From a virus, in the IMG/VR virus record IMGVR_UViG_3300018432_000001, positions 64,001-128,000 of that record: 64,000 bases of DNA, one strand, 5' to 3'. How positions within the stretch are numbered: position 1 is the stretch's first letter; every line of letters starts with the position of its first letter. Below, in pieces: positions 48,103 to 57,752 of this stretch. Below the pieces are notes generated by a model. That model ran no database searches and was not told the origin of the DNA. It was given only the letters and a program-made list of their open reading frames with translations. The translations under genes were made by a program, and so were the position numbers.

Positions 48103-48489
48103 TCAGTATTCGAGGCAGGCCAGGTCGACCTGCAGGCGCGCGGTGGCGTCGGCGGCGAGGCTTTCGAGGGCCATCACCTTGCTGTCGCGGTCGGTCTTGT
48201 TGTTCGACCAGTGCTTCGCCCCGAGTCGGGCGCTGTGCAGCGCGCGCTCGAACGCGATCAGCGCGACCGCCGAGGAGCTCGCCGCAGCGAGCTGCAGGAT
48301 CTCGTCGGCGATCTGGCCGCCGCGTTCGTCGCTGAGCGTACCGGTGCGGGCCGCCTCCGTCAGCGCCGCACGGTACTTCTCGACCTGGACGGCCGTGCCG
48401 TCGTGGATCGATGCCATCATGGCCTCCCGCTCGGCGTGTATCGCCAGCGGCAGACCGGTGTAAGCCTGAGCATCCGTCTCCATGCTCAT
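48103..48489 (-). CDS. hypothetical helical protein (128 aa)
   Basis: GAGGGAG RBS. Confidence 0.6.
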   Translation of the reverse strand: MSMETDAQAYTGLPLAIHAEREAMMASIHDGTAVQVEKYRAALTEAARTGTLSDERGGQIADEILQLAAASSSAVALIAFERALHSARLGAKHWSNNKTDRDSKVMALESLAADATARLQVDLACLEY

Positions 48490-48622
48490 GCTCCCTCCTC
48501 TGTTGTGTTGTTTTACCTGGACAATAGGGTCTTCCCCCGCTTGTCACTCATGAAGATCCTACACATGCGGATCGGGCCCGTCATCGCAGTAACAGGCCCG
48601 ATCCGTGCCGGGAGCGTCCCGC

Positions 48623-49156
48623 TCACCTCATGGCGTTGCGGTGGGCTTGGCGGTTGATCCAGCGCAGGGCTGACTCAGCGTCGAGGAAGAGGATGCGGTC
48701 CTCTGTGGGGTGCAGGACCGCTTCGAGGTCGCCTTCGTTGACCTGGTGGAGGACTTGGGTGGCGTTCATGCCGGTCATGGCGGCGAGTTGGTCGGCGGTG
48801 GGGTCACCGATGAAGCGGATCTCTCGGCGGGCTCGCCGCCTCGGGCCTGGTGGTGAGCCGTCCATCCCGTGTTTGAGAAATCTCTTGATGCGCCATTTCG
48901 GGTACTCGTAGATGATCTGCTCGCGACCGGCGACGATCTTGCGGCCCCGTTCGCGCCGGGCGTCCTTGAGCCCGCAGGCGTTGGCGTTGGCCCCCTTCTG
49001 CAGGGTGTCGCGGCTGTACCAGCCGAGGCTGCGGTCGGCGGCGAACTCCTGAGGAGTCAGCCACTCCTCTTCGAGGAGGTCGCGCGCGGCGGCGACCTCG
49101 GGTGGAATTTCGATGCGGGTCTCCGGTCGCTGGGAAGCGGTAACAGTGCTGCTCAT
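48623..49156 (-). CDS. double HTH (excisionase-like) DNA-binding protein (177 aa)
   Basis: WLTPQEFA...SRDTL and TADQLAAMTGMNATQV......G.L; TAGACT hexamer before the ATG. Confidence 0.6.
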   Translation of the reverse strand: MSSTVTASQRPETRIEIPPEVAAARDLLEEEWLTPQEFAADRSLGWYSRDTLQKGANANACGLKDARRERGRKIVAGREQIIYEYPKWRIKRFLKHGMDGSPPGPRRRARREIRFIGDPTADQLAAMTGMNATQVLHQVNEGDLEAVLHPTEDRILFLDAESALRWINRQAHRNAMR

Positions 49157-49231
49157 ATCGGCGAGTCTAGCCCGCGCAGATGGCAACGGCCCCTTCACAA
49201 AAGGAGACAAAACACCCACGAAGGCTGTGAC

Positions 49232-49378
49232 ATGATGAGATCTATGAACCGTATTGGGCTGTTTTGCAGGATAGCGTGGTCGCTCATCGGCGCCATGGTC
49301 GGCATCCTCACCGTCACCGTTATCATCGGCCTCGCCCTGGCGTTCGCAACTGCCGCTTTGGCCACCATGCTTGGTTAA
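49232..49378 (+). CDS. small hydrophobic peptide (48 aa)
   Basis: Basic N-terminus and a long hydrophobic stretch; divergent from the HTH gene. Confidence 0.4.
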   Translation: MMRSMNRIGLFCRIAWSLIGAMVGILTVTVIIGLALAFATAALATMLG

Positions 49379-49522
49379 ACTCCGCGCGTGGGACAACACA
49401 GCCAGAAACCGTCACCGTATCCAATCAGCGACCGGCTTCGCCTTCGCCACCGGCTGCGCCTGCGCATCCCCAGCGGCACCGAAGTACCCCTGGGCATCTT
49501 GGTCCTCACCTCGGTGATCGGC

Positions 49523-49930
49523 CTACTGCTGGGCTTCCTGCTGGGCCTGCTGATATGACCACCGCCGCGCCCACCAGTCGACGGCCGCGCCCACCCCCAG
49601 CACCGACCCGATGTAGGTGGCGCCGACAGCGCCCACGCCCCACCAGAAGGGCAGCAGCGGCGGCGCTACTACATCGACCAGGAGCACCGGCGGTGCGACG
49701 ATCATCGCGCCCCAGGTGCCCACGCGCCACTGCAGCCACCCGTCCACGACCGGGTTCGGTTCCCGGAACGCCAGCGGCGTGCACGCCATGGCCACCAACA
49801 CGGGAGCCGACCACGTCGGGAATCCCGCTGCCGCCAGCAGATGGGCGGCGCACGAGGTGCCCAGGCTGATGGCGAACAGCACCATCAGCATGATCAGAAA
49901 CCAGTTGTGCGCCTTCGTCTTTTTCGCCAC
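49523..49930 (-). CDS. multi-pass membrane protein (135 aa)
   Basis: AGGAAGAGG RBS; four hydrophobic segments. Confidence 0.7.
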   Translation of the reverse strand: MAKKTKAHNWFLIMLMVLFAISLGTSCAAHLLAAAGFPTWSAPVLVAMACTPLAFREPNPVVDGWLQWRVGTWGAMIVAPPVLLVDVVAPPLLPFWWGVGAVGATYIGSVLGVGAAVDWWARRWSYQQAQQEAQQ

Positions 49931-49946
49931 GGTGTTCCTCTTCCTC

Positions 49947-51200
49947 TTAGGCGTTGAACGTGCGCACCATGCCCATGTAGTCACCGAACGCACGGTCGAT
50001 CTGCTGGTCGTCGATGCCGTAGCGGGCGTGCCCGTATTCGTGTCGGCGTCCCTTGCCGTCCCTGGGGCGCTCCAAGGCCGTGTTCAACCGGTCGGCCTCG
50101 GCGTCGTCCCATTCGAGCCCGAGCCGCCGGTACAGCGCGGCCACCTCCTCGTGCGGGTCGGCCATGAGGCGGGCGTAGGGCAGATCGACGAACGCCGCCG
50201 CCCCGTGCTTCGCCCGGGGCCGCTCGCCGCCGGTCAGCGCCGCGCGGTCGTTGCGCGCCTTCTCGATACCGTACGACAGCACCTGCAGCCACGACTGGCC
50301 GATGTCGCGGGGCTGAACCTTGTGGGCGAACATGTGGAGGTGGTGCAGACTCTCGGCCATCGAACACATCGACCCGAACACGGTCACCGGGTCCCGGTGA
50401 GTCCACACCACCTGCGCATCCGGGAAGACCTCGAAGATCTCCGGGAGATGGTAGAGGTTGCCGGGGTGCTTGAGCACCCACCGCCGCTGCGGCTGACCGT
50501 ACGAGAGCACCTGCAGCGCCTGCTTGACGAACCGCCAGTCCGCTCCGGCGTCGTAGTCGCCGGTGAGGTAGCGCCAATAGCCCGGCATCGGCGCCGTCCC
50601 CAGGTCCATGATCGAGTGGTCGAGGAGGAACGCGTTCTCCTCCACCGCCAGGGGGTCGTCGATGCGGTGGATGAGGTCCCAGTCGGGCGAGAACTTCAGA
50701 TGGGCCCGCAGGGTGCGCCGCACCCGCCGCTGCACCTTCGCCTCCTCCGCGCGCGTGCGCGAGCCCGGCACCGCCATGTCGAACATCTCCCACAGCTCTG
50801 GCCCCCGGCAGCCCTTCGCCCAGGACAGGACGTTGTGCGACAGCGTCGTCCCCGTGCGCGGCAGCCCCACGACGATGATCGGCGCCTGGACGAGCACATC
50901 GACGAGCTCGGGATGGGCGGCGTGGAGCTTGGCCACGCGCTTGCGGTTGCCCATCCGGTGGGCGGTGGTCTCCAGTGCGATCCGCCAGCCCAGCCCAGAC
51001 AGGCCGTCGGTGGCGGCGTAGGCCCGCAGACGCCGCCGGTAGCCCTCGGCCACCGGTTCCTCCAGGAAGGCGAAGCCGTCCATCTCCCGGCGCATCTTCG
51101 TGTACATGCGCTCGAAGGCGCGGTCGGGGTCGCTGCGTTGGAGCAGGAGGGGGGCGGTGGCGATCTGGCCTGCATAGAGCAGGGCAGAGGTGCGTTGCAT
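49947..51200 (-). CDS. PAPS-dependent sulfotransferase (actinobacterial Stf-like)
   Basis: PII.VGLPRTGTT (5'-PSB loop), RWVLKHP, FPDA..VWTHRDP....S (3'-PB motif); AAGGAG RBS. Confidence 0.9.
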   Translation of the reverse strand: MQRTSALLYAGQIATAPLLLQRSDPDRAFERMYTKMRREMDGFAFLEEPVAEGYRRRLRAYAATDGLSGLGWRIALETTAHRMGNRKRVAKLHAAHPELVDVLVQAPIIVVGLPRTGTTLSHNVLSWAKGCRGPELWEMFDMAVPGSRTRAEEAKVQRRVRRTLRAHLKFSPDWDLIHRIDDPLAVEENAFLLDHSIMDLGTAPMPGYWRYLTGDYDAGADWRFVKQALQVLSYGQPQRRWVLKHPGNLYHLPEIFEVFPDAQVVWTHRDPVTVFGSMCSMAESLHHLHMFAHKVQPRDIGQSWLQVLSYGIEKARNDRAALTGGERPRAKHGAAAFVDLPYARLMADPHEEVAALYRRLGLEWDDAEADRLNTALERPRDGKGRRHEYGHARYGIDDQQIDRAFGDYMGMVRTFNA

Positions 51201-51356
51201 CAAGGGGGTCTCCTTCGGGTGATAGGCCGGGGAAGCGGCCGGTGAGGTGGGGAAATGACAGTGGCCGGAGGTCCCCCTCCGGCCACTTATCCCCATCTGA
51301 CACCAGGTCAGATCCTTCCTCCTTGCGGACTCAGCGTAGCAGAGCGCGTGGAGTGT

Positions 51357-51818
51357 TCACTTTGTGTGCCAACGGTTCAGCTGGCCGCACCAGCATGGCT
51401 GCAACTTGGCGACGAGGCGCCCGGTGTTGCGGCGGTGGATGGAGGCGGCGACGTGCGTGCCGTGCTCGTCGATGACGGCCGACGCCAGGTGCTCGGTGCC
51501 CACCGCTGACTTCCGAGCCCAGATGCGCAACGCCTGCATGGTCGCGTCGCCGAGCATGACCGTCATCTCCACTGGCTGGCGCTCGTAGGTCTGGGGGTGG
51601 TGGAAGGTGGCGACGCCCTCCATGCGGGGGACGGTGTCGGCTTCAGAGCGCGGCCACGTCGCCGGATTGCGGCTCCACCGCTCGATCCAGACCACCGCCA
51701 TCTCCTCGCGGGTGTCGGCGTACCCCAGATTGCACATCTCGTCGAGGGCGATGGCGGCATCGTTGCCCACGCGCAGTGGCACGGGCGGGAGATGCTGTTC
51801 AGCCGGTGTAGGTTCCAC
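51357..51818 (-). CDS. hypothetical protein with possible duplicated RHH-like modules (153 aa)
   Basis: GGGAGG RBS; V.LRVGNDA..AL and MTVMLGDAT..AL repeats. Confidence 0.55.
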   Translation of the reverse strand: MEPTPAEQHLPPVPLRVGNDAAIALDEMCNLGYADTREEMAVVWIERWSRNPATWPRSEADTVPRMEGVATFHHPQTYERQPVEMTVMLGDATMQALRIWARKSAVGTEHLASAVIDEHGTHVAASIHRRNTGRLVAKLQPCWCGQLNRWHTK

Positions 51819-51968
51819 GGCGCGCCTCCCTTCGGTACCGCAGCGGGAAGGGGCGGATGTCGGTGCCGAGCAATGCATATGACATGGCAACCCGTTCTCA
51901 TCGCATGACGGATACGTTGCGAGCCGGACTCGGCTTTTCGCTGCTGGGCGTGTAGGCTGATCGCAAGC

Positions 51969-52000
51969 AAAAAGAAAGCCGGGGACGGTACTCCCCGGCT
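51969..52000 (-). terminator. intrinsic terminator
   Basis: AGCCGGGGA / TCCCCGGCT stem with a T-rich tail on the minus strand. Confidence 0.75.
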
Positions 52001-52102
52001 GGTTGGTTGTAGCAAACAAACCGGAGCCGACTCTACCGGAAACGAGAGTACCTCGTCAAATCCGTAGGGCGTGTCCGGTGTCACCGAAAGGACATGATGC
52101 CC

Positions 52103-52573
52103 TCACGCCGCCTCCGGGCCGCCGATCCCCATCGCCTCGCACCACTCGCGGTGGCGCTGCACCACGGTGAAGTCCAGGACGTACCAGCCCTTCCCTGCGC
52201 GGCGCACCATCTCCTCGGGCGCGACCGCCTCCTTACCCCCGCACAGGGCCTTGAACAGGATCTGGTCCCACGTGCCCTCGATGTCGACGGCATTCGGGTC
52301 GTGGCGCGCTGCGCAGCCGGGGATGGTGCCGATGACCGGGTGGAAGCACGAGGCGTCGACCTTGATGACCGCCCCACCGGGCGGGCGTCCGTTGAACGTC
52401 AGCAGCAGATGCGCTCCCGGCTCCAGCTTCGGCAGCCAGTTGCGCAGTATCCCCGGCACCACCATCGACGTCTTCTCGCCTTTGCAGACCGCGACGGCCG
52501 ACCGGCGTCCCATGGCCATGCCCCGCAACTGCGGATTACTCCATACCGGCGGCGGGTGCTGAACGGTACCCAT
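52103..52573 (-). CDS. hypothetical protein (~156 aa)
   Basis: Divergent from the replication initiator; start uncertain. Confidence 0.55.
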   Translation of the reverse strand: MGTVQHPPPVWSNPQLRGMAMGRRSAVAVCKGEKTSMVVPGILRNWLPKLEPGAHLLLTFNGRPPGGAVIKVDASCFHPVIGTIPGCAARHDPNAVDIEGTWDQILFKALCGGKEAVAPEEMVRRAGKGWYVLDFTVVQRHREWCEAMGIGGPEAA

Positions 52574-52854
52574 GTGTTGCAAGCTCACTTTCCCATAGTA
52601 GCGTCTAGTCACTGCTGTACTACTCATCGAAACAGACGAGGAGTCGTTATGTTCTACTAACGTGTACTGTGTCCGTATTAGACCGATTTCAAGCAAAACT
52701 AAAGGCCGGGAACTCCTACATTCCCGGCCCTGAAACTCACCGCGCAAGGACCAACACACACGGGTAGCTAATGCTGTACGGCTCCCAGGGTACCGGAGGC
52801 GAGCAATGCTCGTCAACCGGATCAGGTCGTTGGCGCGGTGGAAAGGACCACACC

Positions 52855-54084
52855 GTGACCACCGCTGGTTTCACCATCGGTCTCCACGACTCCTGGGGCA
52901 CATTCGCGGAACTCTTCGTCCGCTACCCCCGGCCCTTCGCGCGGATGAAGCTCACCGCCGATGAGACCGCCATCATCATCCAGATGCTCTCGCACAAACG
53001 CGACCACCGCGTCAACGTCGAGTACCTCCGCGCCAACATCGAGGGCCTCTCACGCGACAAGTGCTACGCCGCCCTCAAGCGCCTCGCCGAACGCGGCATC
53101 CTCGACCGCAAACGCCTCCAGGACGACAAGGGCGTCTTCACCGGCATGCACTACGAACTGCTGCCCCCACCGGAATACCTCACCATCGCCAAGGCCCTCG
53201 CCGCCGGTGAAGACACCGCAGACGCGAACCCACTTCCTGAAACCCAGGAAATGGACAAACCTCCCGTTTCTCCTCCACTTCCTGAAATCAAGGAAGTGGA
53301 CGCCACCTGCGAAAACACCCCTGAAGTCGAACAAAACCCCAGCTCAGATCCACTTCCTGACCATCCAGATATGGCTCATCCAGATATGGCTGAGCCGACA
53401 CAAAGAGAGAGTATTAAGAAGGAGATTAAAAAAGAAGAAGAACAAGATCTCTCTCTCTCAGACCGTGACGCGCGCGCGCCCGAGACAGAGAACGAGGAAC
53501 CGGACAACAGCGGCACCCCCCCGCACGGCGGCCACCTCCTCACCGCCCGCCAAATTCTCAACGCCGTCGTCGACCGCGCCGTCGCCGCCAAGCTCGGTAC
53601 CGAACAACGCGAGCACGTCATCGGCCTCGTCGCCGACCTGCTTTCGGCCGGATGGACCAGCGCGGCCCTGCGCGTCCGCTTGGACGGCAAGGTCACCACC
53701 GGCGCTTATGACCCCTACGCCATCTTCTGCCAGTACCTCAAGTCACTCGCCGCTCAGACCCCGCAGGACATCACCGCTCCAGCGAGGGACCCCTGGGGCA
53801 CCGGCAGTGCGCAAACGCCCTCCCAGGACGACGCTGGGGGCGCTCCTGGTACCCGCCTGCTGCCCGACGGCAGCAGGGATATCCGTTACTCCTCCTGCGG
53901 CGGACGTGACTGCACCGGCGGCTCTGGAGCCGGGCGCGGCATCGGCACCTACCGCCGCCGCATCGACCCCGAAGACGGCTCCACCAAGCAGTACTGCGAC
54001 ACCCTCGTGCCCCTGAGGAGCGGCGGCGGCACCACCACATGCCACCCCGACGCGCGCCGGAGGCACGGTGACGCCGCTGCCTGA
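52855..54084 (+). CDS. phage replication initiator (winged HTH) protein (409 aa)
   Basis: L.......I.MLSH...RV....L......RD....ALK.L.E.G.L.R.R.....G......Y; low-complexity linker with DNA repeats; GAAAGGA RBS. Confidence 0.75.
   Translation: MTTAGFTIGLHDSWGTFAELFVRYPRPFARMKLTADETAIIIQMLSHKRDHRVNVEYLRANIEGLSRDKCYAALKRLAERGILDRKRLQDDKGVFTGMHYELLPPPEYLTIAKALAAGEDTADANPLPETQEMDKPPVSPPLPEIKEVDATCENTPEVEQNPSSDPLPDHPDMAHPDMAEPTQRESIKKEIKKEEEQDLSLSDRDARAPETENEEPDNSGTPPHGGHLLTARQILNAVVDRAVAAKLGTEQREHVIGLVADLLSAGWTSAALRVRLDGKVTTGAYDPYAIFCQYLKSLAAQTPQDITAPARDPWGTGSAQTPSQDDAGGAPGTRLLPDGSRDIRYSSCGGRDCTGGSGAGRGIGTYRRRIDPEDGSTKQYCDTLVPLRSGGGTTTCHPDARRRHGDAAA
53230..53450. repeat. putative origin: iterons plus A-rich tract inside the initiator gene
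   Basis: CCACTTCCTGA at 53230, 53275, 53350; CATCCAGATATGGCT twice at 53362-53391; A-rich 53400-53450. Confidence 0.65.
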
Positions 54085-54213
54085 TTGCTGCCAGCCGCGA
54101 AGCGGCGCTCCTTGACCGGAGCGCCGCAAAATGAATCCGCCTACCTTTCATATGCTGTACCCTCGCGTAAAGGTATTCGTGTTTGTGTGAGCGGTGAAAG
54201 GAAGGCGGCGAAG

Positions 54214-54477
54214 GTGAAGTTCTATCTGTGCACCAGCAGTACGGGGCGGTATCAGTCGCACGTGTCGGTGGGGCCTGATCCGTTGGGGCAGTACTGGCCT
54301 GTGTGTTGTGTGGAGCGTCCGTTGAATGTGGTGTTGGGGGAGGGGTCGTTTGCTGCGTTGCGGGTGGATGCGGAGTGCAATCAGTGTCGGTCGGTGATGC
54401 GTGAGTATGGGAACTGGCGGTGGCGATGGGAGTCGAATATGCGGAAGTGGGGGCAAACGTGGCAGGCCCGGCGCTGA
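54214..54477 (+). CDS. hypothetical Cys-containing protein (87 aa)
   Basis: AAGGAAGG RBS before the GTG; followed by a 16-bp inverted repeat (54462-54496). Confidence 0.5.
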   Translation: MKFYLCTSSTGRYQSHVSVGPDPLGQYWPVCCVERPLNVVLGEGSFAALRVDAECNQCRSVMREYGNWRWRWESNMRKWGQTWQARR

Positions 54478-54593
54478 ACATCAGCGCCGGGCCTGCTGTG
54501 GGTGGTTAGGCTGTGGGGGCATCTGTCTGATGCCACACGGTCCCCTGTGTGGAAGGCCCGGCGTTCTGGGGTAGGCGCCGGGCCTTCGTTGTG

Positions 54594-55802
54594 TCAGGCG
54601 GCTTGGGCGATGTGGGTGTGAGCGGTGGCTTTGAGTTTGGCGATGCGGTGGGAGTTGATGCCTTCGAGGTGGGGGAGGACGCGCTGCCAGGTGGCGATGG
54701 CGTCGGTGAGTCGTCCTTGGTCGTATTGGGCTTGGGCGACGCGGGCGAGGGTGATGGCCCAGATGCGGGGGTTGGTGTCGCGGTTCCACAGTTCGAGGCC
54801 GTCGCGTGCTTTTTCTTCGGCTCCGGCGTGGTCGCCGAGGGCTTTGAGGGTGACGCCGATCTGGTTGTGGACGCGGGCGAGGAGGGGTCCTCCGGCGGGC
54901 CCGTTGGGGGCGGCCCAGCGGGGTGGGGTGTCGGGGGTGCGGTTGATGTGTTGTTCGGTGATGGTGATGGCGGTTTGGGCTTGGCGGTGGTTGCCTGCGG
55001 CGGCGTGGGCTCGGGCGGCGGTGATGGTGAAGAGGGCTTCGGTGTAGGGGTCGACGCGGCCTTTAGCGAGTCGGCAGGCTTCTTCGGCGAGGTCGATGTG
55101 TTCGGCGCCGTGGCCGAGGGCGAAGGCTTGGTGGCATTTGATGCGCATGACCCAGGCGGTGTGGGCGTGTGGGTCGGCGATGCGGGCGAGGTTGAGGGCG
55201 TTGTCGAAGTAGTGCTGGGCGGCGCCGTCGCGGCCGACGTCGTGGGATTTCCATCCGGCGAGGTAGACGGCTTCGGCGGCGGCGCCGAACATGTTGCGGC
55301 GGATGGTGTCGTTGGTGAAGGTGCCTTCCAGGAGTGGGGGGAGTTCGGTGGCGCAGAATTCGGCGACGGTGCTGCGGCCGAAGTTGCCGCCGAAGCGTTC
55401 GTCGAGGTCGGCGAGGGAGGTGACCCATTGGCGGACGCTGTCGACGTCGGTGGTGCCGACGTGGAGGTGTTTGGCGATGGGGGTGGTGGCGGCGGGGATG
55501 GTGATTCCGGCGGCGATGTAGGCGGCGTTTCTGAAGAAGCCTCGGCGGTCCACGTCAGACCTTCCTAGTGTGGCGAGTAGGGCTACGGGGTCGCCTGTGG
55601 TGTCAAGCGTGATGAGGGTTTCGGCGACGCTCTCATATTTCTCTATCAGGCCTGGGGGCGGTGGGGTGCGGCCGGTCTCGTAGTAGGAGAGGGCGACGTG
55701 GCTGTAGGGGGCGTCGCGTTTGGCCAGCTCGTTGGCCATGGCGCGGAGGCTGAGTTGGGCCGACGCGCGGATACGACGAAGGATGGCGGGGGAATCTTCC
55801 AT
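54594..55802 (-). CDS. XRE-family HTH regulator with TPR C-terminus
   Basis: LRRIR....LSLRAMA......S...LSYYETGR; VDRRGF, D..FGG, AGW...D.G...AQ.YF..AL.LA typical of the actinomycete family. Confidence 0.85.
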   Translation of the reverse strand: MEDSPAILRRIRASAQLSLRAMANELAKRDAPYSHVALSYYETGRTPPPPGLIEKYESVAETLITLDTTGDPVALLATLGRSDVDRRGFFRNAAYIAAGITIPAATTPIAKHLHVGTTDVDSVRQWVTSLADLDERFGGNFGRSTVAEFCATELPPLLEGTFTNDTIRRNMFGAAAEAVYLAGWKSHDVGRDGAAQHYFDNALNLARIADPHAHTAWVMRIKCHQAFALGHGAEHIDLAEEACRLAKGRVDPYTEALFTITAARAHAAAGNHRQAQTAITITEQHINRTPDTPPRWAAPNGPAGGPLLARVHNQIGVTLKALGDHAGAEEKARDGLELWNRDTNPRIWAITLARVAQAQYDQGRLTDAIATWQRVLPHLEGINSHRIAKLKATAHTHIAQAA

Positions 55803-56017
55803 GGGCTGTGAACACCTTGTTAACGGGGAAGGGCTTCCGCTGGGGAAAGGGTGTGATCCAGACTAACACTCACGACTGGCTGTTCCGGCCTGGTCGCTTT
55901 AAGCCAATGGTGCTGCTCACCGTTGGGCCGGGCCGTGCGTCTCCCCCGTGAAAGGCACGGCCCGGCTGTCCGCCCGACCCAGTCTCATCCGTTTCCCGTG
56001 GAGAGGAAGGCCCCGGC

Positions 56018-56638
56018 ATGGCCAGTGTAGAGCCCGTGATGGTGTCGGCGTTGGAGCCGCACGCGTTCGCGCAGTGGTCGTTGGTGTTCAACCAGCAGAC
56101 CGAGGATCGCGGGGAGATGTCGATGCTGTCGACGTGCCATGAGGGGACGCATGGGATCTGGATGTTGAATGCTCAGGTGGGGCGGGCGTGGCCGGTGGCG
56201 TGGCCGTCCGTTCGGGGGAGTTTGCTGGCCGACATGAAGTTCATCGTCCCTCCTGGGGGTACTGGCGGTTACTCTGCGTTTTGGAGGAGCTATGTGCGTG
56301 CGATGTTCTATCCGCGTCTGCTGGATCATCTGCCCGCCTGCAGGGCACGAGGAGTGAAGGAGAATGCGATGCCGAGTATTTCGACGGTGGGGACGTTCGA
56401 GTTCGGCGGCCATGTGTATGCGGTGGAGTGGCATCCAGATGAGATCCGGGTGACCGATGCCGACGGCCAGGACGTGGCGTTCATGTCACTGAGTCGGGAT
56501 CTGCAGGTGGGGGAGGCGGTGCCAGCGCGGTCGGCGCCGTCGACGTTGCTGGACCGGCTGCGTCAGGGTGCGGTCGAGGTGTTGCGGTCGGCGGCGGGGC
56601 ACGATCGTGGGCCTTGGAGGCTGTCGAAGACGGCGTGA
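56018..56638 (+). CDS. hypothetical protein (true start may be 56369)
   Basis: Divergent from the XRE-TPR gene; AAGGAG RBS before the internal ATG at 56369. Confidence 0.45.
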   Translation: MASVEPVMVSALEPHAFAQWSLVFNQQTEDRGEMSMLSTCHEGTHGIWMLNAQVGRAWPVAWPSVRGSLLADMKFIVPPGGTGGYSAFWRSYVRAMFYPRLLDHLPACRARGVKENAMPSISTVGTFEFGGHVYAVEWHPDEIRVTDADGQDVAFMSLSRDLQVGEAVPARSAPSTLLDRLRQGAVEVLRSAAGHDRGPWRLSKTA

Positions 56639-56689
56639 GGTGACGAGTGGGTTCCTCATTTCGGGGGTGCTGCCGGGTAGGCTCACGCC

Positions 56690-57622
56690 ATGAATACGCA
56701 CAAATGCGAAATTAACGCCCAAATGGTGCATTCATGTCGGGTGCTGCTCGGTGCCCGCGCCGCCGGGTACCCCGACACCCCTGACAACTTCGACGCCCAG
56801 CACCTGGCCCACGGCCGCCGCATCAAACGCAGCCTCGACCTCGCCCACGCCTTCGCCACCCCCCGCCAGCTTCCCTTCGAGGACCGGCACGTGCACCTGT
56901 GGGCCCGGGGCCACCGTGCCGGGCGCGTGGTCCACAACTGGAAGCCCGTGGTCCGCTGGAAAGACGCCGAGACGCCCGCCGCCCGCGAGCGCTTCCGTCT
57001 CGCCGCCCGGCGCGTGCACCTCCTCGACCGCCAGGTGGCGATCATCCTCCACCACGAACCGGAGAACGACCTGGGCCAGCGCGGGGTCCGCAAGATCGCG
57101 GCCGGGACTCCCGAGGAGTACCGGCGCATGTGGGCCATCGTCCGGGAGGTGTTCGCCCAGGAGGGGGCCGACGACGTTGCCTGGGGCATGGCGTACATGA
57201 ACTACCCGAAGTGGGACTACGCCGTCGCGGACCTCTACCCCGGTGACGAGCTGGTCGACTGGGTCTGGTGCAACGCGTACGGGTCCCCCGAGCGGCCGGA
57301 TCTGGCCGAGAACCTCGCGCACTTCGCGAATCTGATGCGCGCCTTCGGCATCGGTGAGGGAAAGCCGTGGGGGGTTGCGGAGTGGAGCACTCCGGGGTTG
57401 CCCCTCGACCTGGCGGCCGACTACTTCGAGCAGGCGCGAGCGTTCCTCGACACGCCCGACGCCGATGCGTTCAAGGCGTGGATGGTGTTCGACTCGCCTG
57501 GAGCGGAAAACCGGTCGGACCTGCGGTTGGGTTTCGACGCTCAGGGGGACCGGGTGGAGGACAAGCTGGAGGCCTATCAGCGGTTCACGCGCCACCGGCG
57601 GTTCCAGTGCGCCGGGCGGTAA
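56690..57622 (+). CDS. glycoside hydrolase family 26-like protein (clan A)
   Basis: HHEPE acid/base, Y..MW.....F, YPGD..VDW....Y, GKPWGVAEW nucleophile; no signal peptide; TAGGCT hexamer 6 nt upstream. Confidence 0.8.
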   Translation: MNTHKCEINAQMVHSCRVLLGARAAGYPDTPDNFDAQHLAHGRRIKRSLDLAHAFATPRQLPFEDRHVHLWARGHRAGRVVHNWKPVVRWKDAETPAARERFRLAARRVHLLDRQVAIILHHEPENDLGQRGVRKIAAGTPEEYRRMWAIVREVFAQEGADDVAWGMAYMNYPKWDYAVADLYPGDELVDWVWCNAYGSPERPDLAENLAHFANLMRAFGIGEGKPWGVAEWSTPGLPLDLAADYFEQARAFLDTPDADAFKAWMVFDSPGAENRSDLRLGFDAQGDRVEDKLEAYQRFTRHRRFQCAGR

Positions 57623-57752
57623 CATCAACACACATCCGATTCACTGAAGTTGCAGGGAATGGGGTTACCGAAGAAGCTCTGCAGGCGTTGAACTGTCGAG
57701 TGTTGCAAGATCGCTCCGGGGCCGCCACTGCCGCTGGCGGCCCCATCAACGT

